Shown in pieces: positions 9,158-18,404 of a stretch of 64,000 nt of DNA. The notes beneath the pieces were generated by a model that was not told the DNA's origin, did not search any database, and saw nothing but the letters and a program-made list of their open reading frames with translations. The position numbers and the translations under genes are program-made. The first letter of the stretch is position 1; each line of letters begins with the position of its first letter. Location: the sequence record NC_061418.1. One strand, 5' to 3'.

Positions 9158-9457
9158 CTACTCATCGTACCCTTCTAATAGCGGGCTATGTCCGTTTTTA
9201 GAGATCCAAGCCTCCGCTAACTTATCAGATTTTTTCATAATCTCGGTGGCCTCGGTATAAATTTTAATATCATGATCGACATCATCTACCGGAACAGAAA
9301 AAGCGGCGGCAATGGTCTCGTCGTCTAAACCGTTTTCTCGGAACTGAATAAAGTAATGAGGTAAGTCAGTCCCGTGGTGTCTCGCGGTAAAAAGTTGATC
9401 GTATCCTTTCATCCAAAGTTGATGGATTTCCATTTCTTCCTGTTTTTCTTTTGTCAT
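9158..9457 (-). CDS. Small helix-turn-helix protein
   Basis: GLDDETIAAAFSVPVDDVDHDI fits an HTH; GAGGTG RBS. Confidence 0.65.
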   Translation of the reverse strand: MTKEKQEEMEIHQLWMKGYDQLFTARHHGTDLPHYFIQFRENGLDDETIAAAFSVPVDDVDHDIKIYTEATEIMKKSDKLAEAWISKNGHSPLLEGYDE

Positions 9458-9485
9458 ATTTTCACCTCTTTCTGAATTTTATACA

Positions 9486-10460
9486 TCAGTCTTCCTTACT
9501 GCTCCCGGAAACTACGCTAGTACGAATCCACTTTATTTTCAGTTGGCGATTAGGGCTATTACGAGCACCGGTCCAATAGCCGTGCCAGTGTGCCCGTCTG
9601 ATATGCGCTGCTCGCCCGGTCGTCTTCTGTCCTTTCTTTCGCTTCTCGATTTCTTCGAGGTAATCGACCCCTACCGGAAACTTACGGTGTGCGTTCAGGA
9701 ACCGTAGGCTATAGTGTTTACCCGACCGTTTCATCTGGGTAAGTCGAAAGGTATTACGGAAGTCAGCGCGGTCTTGCAACTCGTATTCCTGCGCAACAAA
9801 CAATGCCACGTTGAGTAGCTTAGTGTACGTTTCACGGTACCCGTCACGCATTAGAATATCGACAGCTTTAACCGTATCGATATTGTATTCTTTTGCAGCC
9901 CGTACAATAGTAGGGTCAGAAGCAATGACCTCCTCCAGTGTCAAACCTTCATCAAACGGGAAGAATAACGTTTGCGGGAAGCCGTTATCATTATACGGGT
10001 AAACGATCGTTAGACCCTCTTTCCCGCTCCAGTGTGTAACCGTAGAAAGGAAAATCCCTTCGATAGTCGGTTCCTCCGGGAGAGGGTGTTTGATAGGGCA
10101 CGCTGAAAGGTCGACGTACCCGGTCCAATGAGGGATAGTTTTCAAAACACTGAGCGGCAATTTACCGTTGAATTCAGAGTCCAATACATCGGGTAATAAT
10201 TCAGTAGGGATCTGATATTCAGGTTTAGTAATTTGCCAGCAATACGCCATGCTCATATGCCAAAAGATTTCACGATAATACGGGTTAGTTAAATCGATCT
10301 TATTGTTCCAGTTACGATTCTCTCCCCATATTTCGATAGGGTAGAAATACGGTGGAACCTCCCCTTTCTTTTCCGTGAGGATACGATTGAAGAAATCCTT
10401 CGCGTCCCATGCCCGTAAACGGGGTAAGAGCGTTTTCTCCACTGTCTCCAGTATTTTCAT
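9486..10460 (-). CDS. AcrVA2/FinQ-family protein (anti-defence candidate)
   Basis: 324 aa; WQITKPEY, LPLSVLKTIPHWTGYVDLS and C-terminal AHIRRAHWHGYWTG...IKW..VVSG parallel recalled Moraxella AcrVA2 motifs (WRNTLGIY, IFLNLPDWCVYVDIS, PHIRRGHWHGYWQG...VRW..FVNSG). Confidence 0.75.
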   Translation of the reverse strand: MKILETVEKTLLPRLRAWDAKDFFNRILTEKKGEVPPYFYPIEIWGENRNWNNKIDLTNPYYREIFWHMSMAYCWQITKPEYQIPTELLPDVLDSEFNGKLPLSVLKTIPHWTGYVDLSACPIKHPLPEEPTIEGIFLSTVTHWSGKEGLTIVYPYNDNGFPQTLFFPFDEGLTLEEVIASDPTIVRAAKEYNIDTVKAVDILMRDGYRETYTKLLNVALFVAQEYELQDRADFRNTFRLTQMKRSGKHYSLRFLNAHRKFPVGVDYLEEIEKRKKGQKTTGRAAHIRRAHWHGYWTGARNSPNRQLKIKWIRTSVVSGSSKED

Positions 10461-10763
10461 TTAGCTCTCCTCAGACTCGCGTGTTCCCAGGTTCCCGTTT
10501 CCGTTAAAGACGATTTGATAGTCTAACGTACCTTTACTGTTCAGCTCCTCTAAATGCTCAGAGACGGCCTCGTTATAGGGTTTGAGTAAGTGGTTCTTAC
10601 CCAGCGCCTCTAACGTCATGAAAATGATCAGGGTACTTTGATCAATCGGCGTAATGTTCTTATTCGTCAAGATCTCAATGACACGCGGAATATTCGCCTT
10701 GAGTTTCTCTAGGTCTTCATTCACCCGTAATCCCCTTATAAAACAATTCCATCCCTTTCTCAA
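10461..10763 (-). CDS. Hypothetical protein
   Basis: Abuts AcrVA2-like start and supplies its GAGGAG RBS; true start may be downstream of 10763. Confidence 0.65.
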   Translation of the reverse strand: MRKGWNCFIRGLRVNEDLEKLKANIPRVIEILTNKNITPIDQSTLIIFMTLEALGKNHLLKPYNEAVSEHLEELNSKGTLDYQIVFNGNGNLGTRESEES

Positions 10764-11322
10764 CGTTACTGCAAAAGACAGAGAAAAGCGCCTCTCGTAG
10801 CGATTGCGGCCGGAAGGGGTTATTGGCCTGCACGTGAACGTCGTAAACCGCTTTGTTTGCTAAACGTGCAGTGAACGTTTGTTTTGTCAATTTAAGCGTC
10901 TTGACGTCATGGCCGTAGGATTTACAGACCTTCCGTCCCTCGGTAAAGACCAACCCCATCGCACCGTGACCAACCAAAAGTTTGTCAGTCGGTACGAGTA
11001 GCGGGTGCTCTTTAGTACGGGGGCTAACAACCGTCCACCACATGTTCACAGGGATGAACCAATATGCATCTTTCGGGTTAAGATGCGTCCAGTCGCGGAT
11101 GCAGTTGTACATCTCTTCCTGCGTGGTCGGGCGGAAGTCGACCTGAACCCCGTTCATATTTTCACTGCGGTCATATTCGTAGATTTTACGACCCATCTTA
11201 ACCGAATAGACAAAAGCAATAATCGAATTATCTTGACGTAAAAGATTTTCTCTTGCCCATTTCCCGTATTCGATCTCTAACGCAATGACTTTTTCTGCAA
11301 TGCTGTTTTCCATCTCGTTCAC
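10717..11322 (-). CDS. Hypothetical protein
   Basis: 201-aa tiling ORF. Confidence 0.75.
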   Translation of the reverse strand: MNEMENSIAEKVIALEIEYGKWARENLLRQDNSIIAFVYSVKMGRKIYEYDRSENMNGVQVDFRPTTQEEMYNCIRDWTHLNPKDAYWFIPVNMWWTVVSPRTKEHPLLVPTDKLLVGHGAMGLVFTEGRKVCKSYGHDVKTLKLTKQTFTARLANKAVYDVHVQANNPFRPQSLREALFSVFCSNVEKGMELFYKGITGE

Positions 11323-11325
11323 CGA

Positions 11326-11700
11326 TTAATTAACTAATTTTTTCAGACTGACTTTCTCTAAGCCAGAGAACATTTCTGAGATTGAATTACCAAAACCTTC
11401 CCCTTTCAACTCTTTTTCAAGCGCGTGGTAAAGTTCGTCGAGCGTTTCATACTCTATTTTCGTTAATGAAGTTGAATAAGCCTTGGCCCGCGCCAAAATT
11501 TCTTCCTTGTAAACGTAAGCGAAAGCTTCGATTTTAGATAAATCGCGCACAGCAGCAACCGTAAGGGCACTGTGCAATTTCTGAGATGCTTTTGGGTTCT
11601 GTAGCGTCGCCGAGATATTCCCAACAAGAAACCCAATAACGTAGTCTGATTGTTTAAAGGCAGAGAATAATTTTTCATCGACGTTTTTCAGCGTGTTCAT
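11326..11700 (-). CDS. Hypothetical protein
   Basis: Tiling ORF, AAGGT RBS. Confidence 0.75.
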   Translation of the reverse strand: MNTLKNVDEKLFSAFKQSDYVIGFLVGNISATLQNPKASQKLHSALTVAAVRDLSKIEAFAYVYKEEILARAKAYSTSLTKIEYETLDELYHALEKELKGEGFGNSISEMFSGLEKVSLKKLVN

Positions 11701-11733
11701 TTTGTTTACCTTTTGTGTTTTAAGAAAAAATAA

Positions 11734-11922
11734 TTAAATATCTAAAGTGGGGTTCCACCAAGTAGCCAGACCGTCCAGCTCTTTGACAACTTTCGCCGCC
11801 TGTCGTGCAGGAATACGATACTTTCTTGCGACTCGGCGTTTTGCGCTTTTTACCGTGGTCATACAGGTAGACAGATCGTAGGTGACCAAATTATCAATTT
11901 TCTTACGCAGTGATTCTTTCAT
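11734..11922 (-). CDS. Small basic hypothetical protein
   Basis: 62 aa, K/R-rich, fills the gap between neighbours. Confidence 0.65.
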   Translation of the reverse strand: MKESLRKKIDNLVTYDLSTCMTTVKSAKRRVARKYRIPARQAAKVVKELDGLATWWNPTLDI

Positions 11923-11936
11923 TGTTTGGTTCTCTG

Positions 11937-12203
11937 TTATTGGATAATGATGGTGTTGTCGCTTTTCTTGAGGATCTGTTCACGGGTGTAGAGTTGACTA
12001 TCAAAACCCGTAGATGAGATAAAAACGCCGTTACCGAAATTGATGTAGCAGCCATCGCTATAAATGACTTCCACTTGTGAATAAAGCCGTTTCGTTAGTT
12101 TACACTGCTCTAAATCGTATTCTTTCTTTTTAGAAAGAAAATAAGGCGTTGCCAACAGCATTAGAATAACCAAACCAAGAAGAACATATGTCAATTTTTT
12201 CAT
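11937..12203 (-). CDS. Small membrane-anchored or secreted protein
   Basis: MKK followed by hydrophobic LTYVLLGLVILMLLATPYF. Confidence 0.7.
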   Translation of the reverse strand: MKKLTYVLLGLVILMLLATPYFLSKKKEYDLEQCKLTKRLYSQVEVIYSDGCYINFGNGVFISSTGFDSQLYTREQILKKSDNTIIIQ

Positions 12204-12460
12204 GCGAGTTTCTCTCTGAGTGCCATGTAAAGTAAACCGACTTGATCGGCGATGATTTTTCCTCGGCTGATGACAATCGGTTTCTGCGCTCCGTAGAACT
12301 CAATCGTTAACTTGATAAAAGGGACATCGCCAAGTATCCCTTTTATTTTACGACATTCTTCTTCCTTGCGGACGTTTCTGACATCACGAAGAAAGAAAAT
12401 GTAATTCTTATCGTTATCGTCAACAATGACTTTATTACCTACGATACTAAACTTAGGCAT
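12200..12460 (-). CDS. Hypothetical protein
   Basis: ATGA overlap with next gene. Confidence 0.7.
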   Translation of the reverse strand: MPKFSIVGNKVIVDDNDKNYIFFLRDVRNVRKEEECRKIKGILGDVPFIKLTIEFYGAQKPIVISRGKIIADQVGLLYMALREKLA

Positions 12461-12806
12461 GTTTTCTTACCTTAACTAAGGGAACATTAATCGATTTAAC
12501 GTTGTTGATTTTATAGCGCTGATTAGAAACCCCAAAGGAGCGTACTCGGATTCCAGTCTCTCCGACAAAACGTAGGTGAGAAAGATCAGAGAGCAAAGTA
12601 ACAAAGTCTCTTTTGGTTATTCGGCTCCATCCCAGAATAGCAACGGCGTTTTCCCCGACCAAACTCTCGATACAGATTTGAACAGGGTGGGTGTTAGGGG
12701 CGGCCAGAGACCGCCCCTCAATGACTGATTCTAACCAATTGCTAAGAGGAGTAGATTCCTCTAACGTGGGGATACGGTATTCTTTAACTGCCATAGCTGT
12801 TCTCAA
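12453..12806 (-). CDS. Hypothetical protein
   Basis: Tiling ORF. Confidence 0.7.
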   Translation of the reverse strand: MRTAMAVKEYRIPTLEESTPLSNWLESVIEGRSLAAPNTHPVQICIESLVGENAVAILGWSRITKRDFVTLLSDLSHLRFVGETGIRVRSFGVSNQRYKINNVKSINVPLVKVRKHA

Positions 12807-13284
12807 AGCGGAAGAAAGAACCCTCGATGGAGACCATCACCTTGCTTTCCGCAGGGTACAATTCGTCTAAGGCATCTGCCATCACTTTCTCAATATCGAT
12901 GTCGCCCCTCACACACGGACAAATACCGCCAGTGATTTCTTTAGTGGCGGTCGAGTCAAGCGTGAGCTTCATGACAAGGTCACAGTCAGCATCGACACAC
13001 GCCATGACACTGACGTTGTCTCTTTCATAGTCCAACTGGAAGCGGTAGTTATCATTGCCTGAATTATGGATACGGAATTCCTCAGGGATTTCCCCCGTCT
13101 TGTTACATTTCTCAAGAAGCGAAAGGACAAGATTGACGTGTTCTTTGACTAAATGAACAACGTTGTTTTTCATTTTCTCTACGGCTTCTTTTTGTCCTTT
13201 AACATGGGACATAATCGCTTTGAAAGCGACGTCAGAAGAAACAAAGGTTTTTAAAACTGCAGCAGAACGAAATTCAGTGGACAT
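12784..13284 (-). CDS. Hypothetical protein, first gene behind early promoter 2
   Basis: GGAG RBS, 166 aa. Confidence 0.8.
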   Translation of the reverse strand: MSTEFRSAAVLKTFVSSDVAFKAIMSHVKGQKEAVEKMKNNVVHLVKEHVNLVLSLLEKCNKTGEIPEEFRIHNSGNDNYRFQLDYERDNVSVMACVDADCDLVMKLTLDSTATKEITGGICPCVRGDIDIEKVMADALDELYPAESKVMVSIEGSFFRFENSYGS

Positions 13285-13339
13285 TTTTTATCTCCGTGTT
13301 AAGTACAAACTATTTAAAGACCAAGTAATTTTTGTTACC

Positions 13340-13366
13340 TTCACTCAAGTGATATAGGCTTTAAAA
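13340..13366 (-). promoter_or_regulatory. Phage early promoter 2
   Basis: TTTTAAAGCC-TATATCAC-TTGA-GTGAA. Confidence 0.85.
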
Positions 13367-13382
13367 CGAATCGAAACAAAAA

Positions 13383-13414
13383 AAAAGAAAGAGGGAATGA
13401 CCCCTCTTTCTTTT
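13383..13414 (-). terminator. Intrinsic terminator after AAA ATPase
   Basis: aaaagaaagaggg/ccctctttctttt stem with long T run on minus strand. Confidence 0.85.
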
Positions 13415-13421
13415 ATTAGCC

Positions 13422-14738
13422 TTAGTTCAGAGAACGCCCTGTTTGAACGACGACTTCGCCTTCTTTCAGGTAGATTTTCTTGCGTGGCTTACGCAGCGCC
13501 GTTGCCAGCGGGATATCGCTTTTAGGAACGACATCAAACTTCGGTAAACCCGCAGCAGCGCGGGCTTCAACAGCCTCCATCGGAGTCAGCATACGGAAGT
13601 GTAACGGCTCGCCAAGATAGTGACGGCCATCGCGCATCAGTGCTGGTTCGATTTTTGATTTGTCGGTCAGGTTAGTGGTAATAATGATTTTACGCGTGGT
13701 GGCGCTCCCTACACCATCAGTTTCGTTCAGCAATTCTGACATCATCGTGTTACCGTCAGCACGCGGACGTAAGAGGATATCCCCATCTTCCACAATCACG
13801 ATTGGGAAGGTAGGCTCTTTACGGGTTTTCGCATCGTGGCTGTTTGGCAGCGTCAGCATATTACGGGTATTTTCAAAATGCGAACGGTCTTTGAAAAGTT
13901 CATAACGCGCATTTTCACCACTGGAGATTTCAACCCTTTCCATTTTGTCGTCGCTGAACGCGAAGATCTTAGAGATGAATTCTGGGTTTTCGAGGACCTC
14001 AGTTTTCTTCGCGTAGATCGGGAAAAGGTTCAGCGCCACGCAGGCAGCGGAAATGGCGGTCGATTTCCCGGTGCCCGGTTCGCCCATGAGAATCAGAACC
14101 GATTCATCAGACTGAATAAAGTCTTCGATGAGCGCTTCCACACCGCCGTTCAGGAACGGATAGAACTCCTTCTTCGTTTCGCCGCTATGACGCATGACTC
14201 TAGGTTCAAGGTGAGTCATTTCACCCATTGGCGTTTTCCGAATAACGACTTCAGAATAATAAAATTCCTCTTTCGTTTCGTCAGTACGGTGATCGATTTT
14301 GATATTTTCTTGGATCTGAATCAACAGATCGTCGTAGATATCTTTCGCCATCATACCTTCGATAGAGAGGTTAGACCTAATGTCGCTTTGAACGCGGATA
14401 CAGGCGATCGGACGATTGTATTTATCCAGTCCGATGAACTGGTCATCGTCGTGCTGGAAGAAGCGATGTTTTTCCAGGAACGCAGTTAACCACTGCGTGG
14501 ATTCGAAGTAGTATTTATTCTGATCGAACATTCGATCGGTATCGATGTTGAAGATAGGGAGTCGATTTGCAGTCAGGAAATGACGTACCATTTTATTGAC
14601 ACGAATTTCTTCCTCGTTATTGCCTACGAAACGTGCGTAGCTCCCGTAAGCTTCGCCGAACGATTCGAAGATATCATTCAGTGATTTAATAGGTGCGTTA
14701 TCAGAGAGAGATCCAGAGAAAAAAGCGTGCTTGTCCAT
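13422..14738 (-). CDS. AAA+ ATPase (classical AAA clade), monocistronic early gene
   Basis: Walker A GEPGTGKST, Walker B IVIVEDGD, LLNETDG, sensor TTN, arginine finger ALMRDGR. Confidence 0.9.
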   Translation of the reverse strand: MDKHAFFSGSLSDNAPIKSLNDIFESFGEAYGSYARFVGNNEEEIRVNKMVRHFLTANRLPIFNIDTDRMFDQNKYYFESTQWLTAFLEKHRFFQHDDDQFIGLDKYNRPIACIRVQSDIRSNLSIEGMMAKDIYDDLLIQIQENIKIDHRTDETKEEFYYSEVVIRKTPMGEMTHLEPRVMRHSGETKKEFYPFLNGGVEALIEDFIQSDESVLILMGEPGTGKSTAISAACVALNLFPIYAKKTEVLENPEFISKIFAFSDDKMERVEISSGENARYELFKDRSHFENTRNMLTLPNSHDAKTRKEPTFPIVIVEDGDILLRPRADGNTMMSELLNETDGVGSATTRKIIITTNLTDKSKIEPALMRDGRHYLGEPLHFRMLTPMEAVEARAAAGLPKFDVVPKSDIPLATALRKPRKKIYLKEGEVVVQTGRSLN

Positions 14739-14778
14739 TTAAAGTTCCTTAACGTTGTTTGTATCAGGGTGGGTTTAT

Positions 14779-14805
14779 TTCAATAACGTGATATAGATCT
14801 TAAAA
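14779..14805 (-). promoter_or_regulatory. Phage early promoter 3
   Basis: TTTTAAGATC-TATATCAC-GTTA-TTGAA. Confidence 0.85.
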
Positions 14806-14821
14806 CTTTTAGAAAACAGGA

Positions 14822-14845
14822 GAGAGGAGGCGTTTGCCTCCTCTC
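14822..14845 (-). terminator. Intrinsic terminator
   Basis: 10-bp stem gagaggaggc/gcctcctctc. Confidence 0.75.
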
Positions 14846-14847
14846 GA

Positions 14848-15201
14848 TTAATGAAACCAGTCGTAGCTGATCAGTCCGAGATGAACAGAGCACCAAACGA
14901 TAAAATAAAAGGTCAATAACACCGCCGCTACTAATACCTCCGGTTCCTTCTTAAATTGATAACGCTTAAAAAGGTAACCCGGATAGAATATTAGCCACCA
15001 GTAACTGGGCGATTGATCATTTTTCCCGGTACTTAATTGGAATTTATCCAGGAAGATCGAGAAGAACAACCAGACGATATAAAGGAAACTGATTACCCAA
15101 AGGTTATCAAACGGGAACGAATGATTTTCTGACTGGGAAAAGCAAATCGAGTAATAGCCGAAGGTAAGTAGATAACCGATTAACCACCACGCTATTTTCA
15201 T
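14848..15201 (-). CDS. Multi-pass membrane protein, paralog of 31393..31797
   Basis: Hydrophobic segments; YWWLIFYPGYLFKR motif. Confidence 0.75.
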   Translation of the reverse strand: MKIAWWLIGYLLTFGYYSICFSQSENHSFPFDNLWVISFLYIVWLFFSIFLDKFQLSTGKNDQSPSYWWLIFYPGYLFKRYQFKKEPEVLVAAVLLTFYFIVWCSVHLGLISYDWFH

Positions 15202-15665
15202 TGTAGCATATCCGTACTGTAGGTTGAGATTAGAGCCTTGAGCTGTTTAAGGTTATATTTTCCTTTTAATTCCTCCCATGGGCCGTCTTTAAAAAACTGC
15301 ATTTCAATGCTACGACAGTCAACATAACTAGAATAACCTTCTACTTTAATAACTAGTCGTAAACCGACCAACCGGCTAGGGGGTACTTTGGGTAACTTCA
15401 GCGGGATATGAATACTGAAATTATTCTTTCGCATAATCCCTTGGTTATTGGAATCGGGAATACGGTAGACTTTAGCCGAACTCCACGGATCGACGTAATT
15501 GGCTTTGGTAATATCGTTAACGTCGAAAAGAGAATACGCGGTGCGCTCTAGCGCCTGCAAGTAAAGATCAGTCCTTAGCCAAGGAAGATCTAAATCGTAG
15601 ATGTCTTTTAAAGACCGACTAAGCGGAGTGTTGAGTTTAAATTCCATTGCGTTTTCTTTTACCAT
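15198..15665 (-). CDS. Hypothetical protein
   Basis: Stop/start overlaps on both sides. Confidence 0.75.
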   Translation of the reverse strand: MVKENAMEFKLNTPLSRSLKDIYDLDLPWLRTDLYLQALERTAYSLFDVNDITKANYVDPWSSAKVYRIPDSNNQGIMRKNNFSIHIPLKLPKVPPSRLVGLRLVIKVEGYSSYVDCRSIEMQFFKDGPWEELKGKYNLKQLKALISTYSTDMLQ

Positions 15666-15970
15666 TAAAAGATGAGTCTGATTTCAAAACGCACAGGTAT
15701 TTTCAAGTGCTTCAATTTTGCTCTTGCTTTTCCTGAACAGGCGACTTCAAGCACCAGTTTCTCTGGTAAGTGGTAATCGAACTTGTTCAGATACTCGATA
15801 CGTTTCTTGATAGACTCGATTGCAGTATTAATCAAGAACGGCGACCCTGTCGGTTTCCCGTCTAACGTGAAATAACCTTTAAGCGGGAGAATACCGAACA
15901 AGGAATTAATAGAGGCTGCCCATTCGGGCAGCCCTTCTATCGCGCGATAATACGGAAGTTGTTTCATCAC
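15665..15970 (-). CDS. Hypothetical protein
   Basis: Stop/start overlaps on both sides. Confidence 0.75.
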   Translation of the reverse strand: MMKQLPYYRAIEGLPEWAASINSLFGILPLKGYFTLDGKPTGSPFLINTAIESIKKRIEYLNKFDYHLPEKLVLEVACSGKARAKLKHLKIPVRFEIRLIF

Positions 15971-17295
15971 TTACCTTTCATCACCAATGTGCACGATTGC
16001 CAGATACCGCGTTCCCAAGCCGCAATCTGGGCGTTCTGTAAAAGTACGACCTGATCAGAAAGGTCGCCGTTTTTAGGAACGACTTCATTAGCAGGAATAG
16101 TCATACGCAGCTCTTCCCCTTCGAAGTAGACCTCTGTAATAGCATCCGCACTGAGATTCTCTTCGACGTTGAGCATAATCCATTGATCTGCTTTACGTAC
16201 TTCATTCTCAGCCATGATATCCGCGTATTGAGTAATCAGTTTACGATTACGCACTGTCTCCTCAGAACTCGATACACGCCCGCTGTGGATGGTCCAGAAT
16301 TCTCCACCAAAATGCGCATAGCCGCTCTTCTTAACGTCCCCGTCTTTAAGCCCAGCAGAGCCAAATAAACGGATAGCCGGAGAGGCCATCAGGCCACGCC
16401 AACGTAACGCGTCGCGTACTAACTCGTTGTGCTCATCGATGGTATTAGCGCCATTAGTGAAAGTCTCTTTAAAACCGAGGTTTTTAATTTCATCGGTGCT
16501 CGGGGTTTTTAGTGTAACTGATGCCCCGGATGCGGGTAACTCAATATTTACTTTTTTCGCTAATTCACCGCGGATAAAAGCCTGAAGTTCATCAGACGTT
16601 TCAGTGACGGGGATAGCGAAACGATCGTTGACGTCAGGGACTGGTTTCAGGTTAAAACCGAGCAGGTTGTTCCGGCCATTACGGAAGGTGATCAACACGG
16701 TACTGTTGTCGTTCTGGACGCGGACGTCATTGATAGGGCCGTTATAATCGGAACCGCTTAGAGTTTCATACAGCGCCCGGATTTCCGTTTCAACATCTTC
16801 GCTAAACTGCGCTTTCGGGTAAGGTTTAGTCATCCCCGGTTCCTGAAGTCCAAAATCCCATTCGATTATCTCGTGAATCTCTCGCCTTGGTTTGTTGGGT
16901 TCAATAACCGATTGACGACGAAGCTCAGTCAGCTCTTGCGCCATACGGCGGACTTCGTACATGAATACCGTACAGCCGTCAGGTTGAGTAGGAAGAGTTT
17001 GATAATATTCGATACGATTCAGCGGGATGCGATCTTGCTTGTCCATTTCAACCTCGGTCAGTTTGTCTAATAAAGTGATTTCGTTGTAAGCGCCAAATAC
17101 GGTATCTAAGCCATATTTGTACTCATGAATTTGTTCGATGGGTAATTTACCGTAAAAGATATAATCGATACCGTTACACGGTTCGCAAATAACCCCGCCG
17201 AGTGCTTCAATACGCTTAGTATACTGTTCACGGCTGAACCGACTAAACTCACCCACTAATGCAATGTGCATTTTATCCAGAGTATCACCTGACAT
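15967..17295 (-). CDS. Mosaic protein with N-terminal BRCT-like domain
   Basis: HIALVGEFSRFSREQYTKRIEALGGVIC...IDYIFYG resembles the BRCT domain of NAD-dependent DNA ligases. Confidence 0.65.
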   Translation of the reverse strand: MSGDTLDKMHIALVGEFSRFSREQYTKRIEALGGVICEPCNGIDYIFYGKLPIEQIHEYKYGLDTVFGAYNEITLLDKLTEVEMDKQDRIPLNRIEYYQTLPTQPDGCTVFMYEVRRMAQELTELRRQSVIEPNKPRREIHEIIEWDFGLQEPGMTKPYPKAQFSEDVETEIRALYETLSGSDYNGPINDVRVQNDNSTVLITFRNGRNNLLGFNLKPVPDVNDRFAIPVTETSDELQAFIRGELAKKVNIELPASGASVTLKTPSTDEIKNLGFKETFTNGANTIDEHNELVRDALRWRGLMASPAIRLFGSAGLKDGDVKKSGYAHFGGEFWTIHSGRVSSSEETVRNRKLITQYADIMAENEVRKADQWIMLNVEENLSADAITEVYFEGEELRMTIPANEVVPKNGDLSDQVVLLQNAQIAAWERGIWQSCTLVMKGK

Positions 17296-17314
17296 TCGTT
17301 ACCTCTTTAATTAG

Positions 17315-17878
17315 TTAAAACCAATCTTCAATAGCGCGTTCTAAGTCGTTTACACTACTGCTCAACCACTGACTCTCGTCTGTCCACTCTACCCAAGGGT
17401 GAACGACGTCAAGTAGACTACAGTCTTTCCTGACTTTGATAACACTGAGATCATGGTTGGCGACGATTTCGTGTTGGGGTAGGGAGAAATAGATCAGCCC
17501 GGTTTGTGACGACTCGTCCCAGTATGTCCCCGTACTACACGGAAGTTTACAACCTTCCTCATTCAGTCCAGAAATCCCATTCTCCCAGAAGGTTTTCACC
17601 CAAGGACCGCTTTCATCTAAGTCCCGCATTGCCCTATCGGCAAAATCATCAAAAGAAAATTGCCAGCGGTCTAAGCAACGTCCTACTTTCTCGAGAAATA
17701 CTTTACGGGTAAGGGGTTCTTCGGCAAAGGTAGGGCTATTGAAAAGCGGTTCGTCTTTCCGATTCATCTGTTCACGGATTGTCCCGGTGAGATCCCAACG
17801 TTCTGTGCTGTCAGACAACACTGTCAAGATCTCGTCTACGAGTTCACGAGTCAATACAACAACTTTATCATTCGGCAT
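17315..17878 (-). CDS. Hypothetical protein
   Basis: Tiling ORF, AGGAAG upstream. Confidence 0.75.
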   Translation of the reverse strand: MPNDKVVVLTRELVDEILTVLSDSTERWDLTGTIREQMNRKDEPLFNSPTFAEEPLTRKVFLEKVGRCLDRWQFSFDDFADRAMRDLDESGPWVKTFWENGISGLNEEGCKLPCSTGTYWDESSQTGLIYFSLPQHEIVANHDLSVIKVRKDCSLLDVVHPWVEWTDESQWLSSSVNDLERAIEDWF

Positions 17879-18404
17879 TTCGCAATTTCCTTCCTATCAA
17901 TTCTATTTCATCCAACAAGGGTTTCAACGTATAAAGACCCTCGATCGCTTCTAGTGGGTTATCCGCCCGTAATCGAGACACGGTTTCGCGGTGACGTTCA
18001 AACCACTCAGCGTCGGTCTCAGGAACTTCTAGTATCTCCCACCACCTCGCTTCCGATTTCTTTTTCTTCCCGAAACGTTTTCCTTCGTGAAGTTGAACCT
18101 CTTGAACAACAAACCGGCCTCTTCCGGTGGTGATCTCTTCAGGTTCACCAATAGGGGAATACTCTTCAGTAATACTCCCTACCCATTTCTCTTTGAAGTT
18201 TATTTCCCAACGGCATTTACTCCCCCAGGCAAAATAAATCCCCGTGGTTTCGATCAGTAAGACTTTACCGTTTTCGGATGCGAATGAGGCCGCCGGAGAA
18301 ATTCCACGACGGTAAAGCGTTCGATTACCAACAATTAACATTTTACCGTGTTCGCTAGAGACGAAAGAGGCCAGAATCATTATTTCATTTTCCTCAGGTT
18401 CCAT
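17868..18404 (-). CDS. Hypothetical protein
   Basis: Tiling ORF. Confidence 0.7.
   Translation of the reverse strand: MEPEENEIMILASFVSSEHGKMLIVGNRTLYRRGISPAASFASENGKVLLIETTGIYFAWGSKCRWEINFKEKWVGSITEEYSPIGEPEEITTGRGRFVVQEVQLHEGKRFGKKKKSEARWWEILEVPETDAEWFERHRETVSRLRADNPLEAIEGLYTLKPLLDEIELIGRKLRNAE

Noticed and set aside
13341-13352. TCAC-N4-GTGA palindrome at promoters 2, 4 and 7 as a repressor operator
   Set aside because: It arises from the promoter's own TCAC plus the conserved downstream NTGNA element, which is present in non-palindromic form in the other copies. It cannot be separated from the promoter consensus without binding data.
15967-17295. NAD-dependent DNA ligase
   Set aside because: Only a BRCT-like piece; no adenylation motif.
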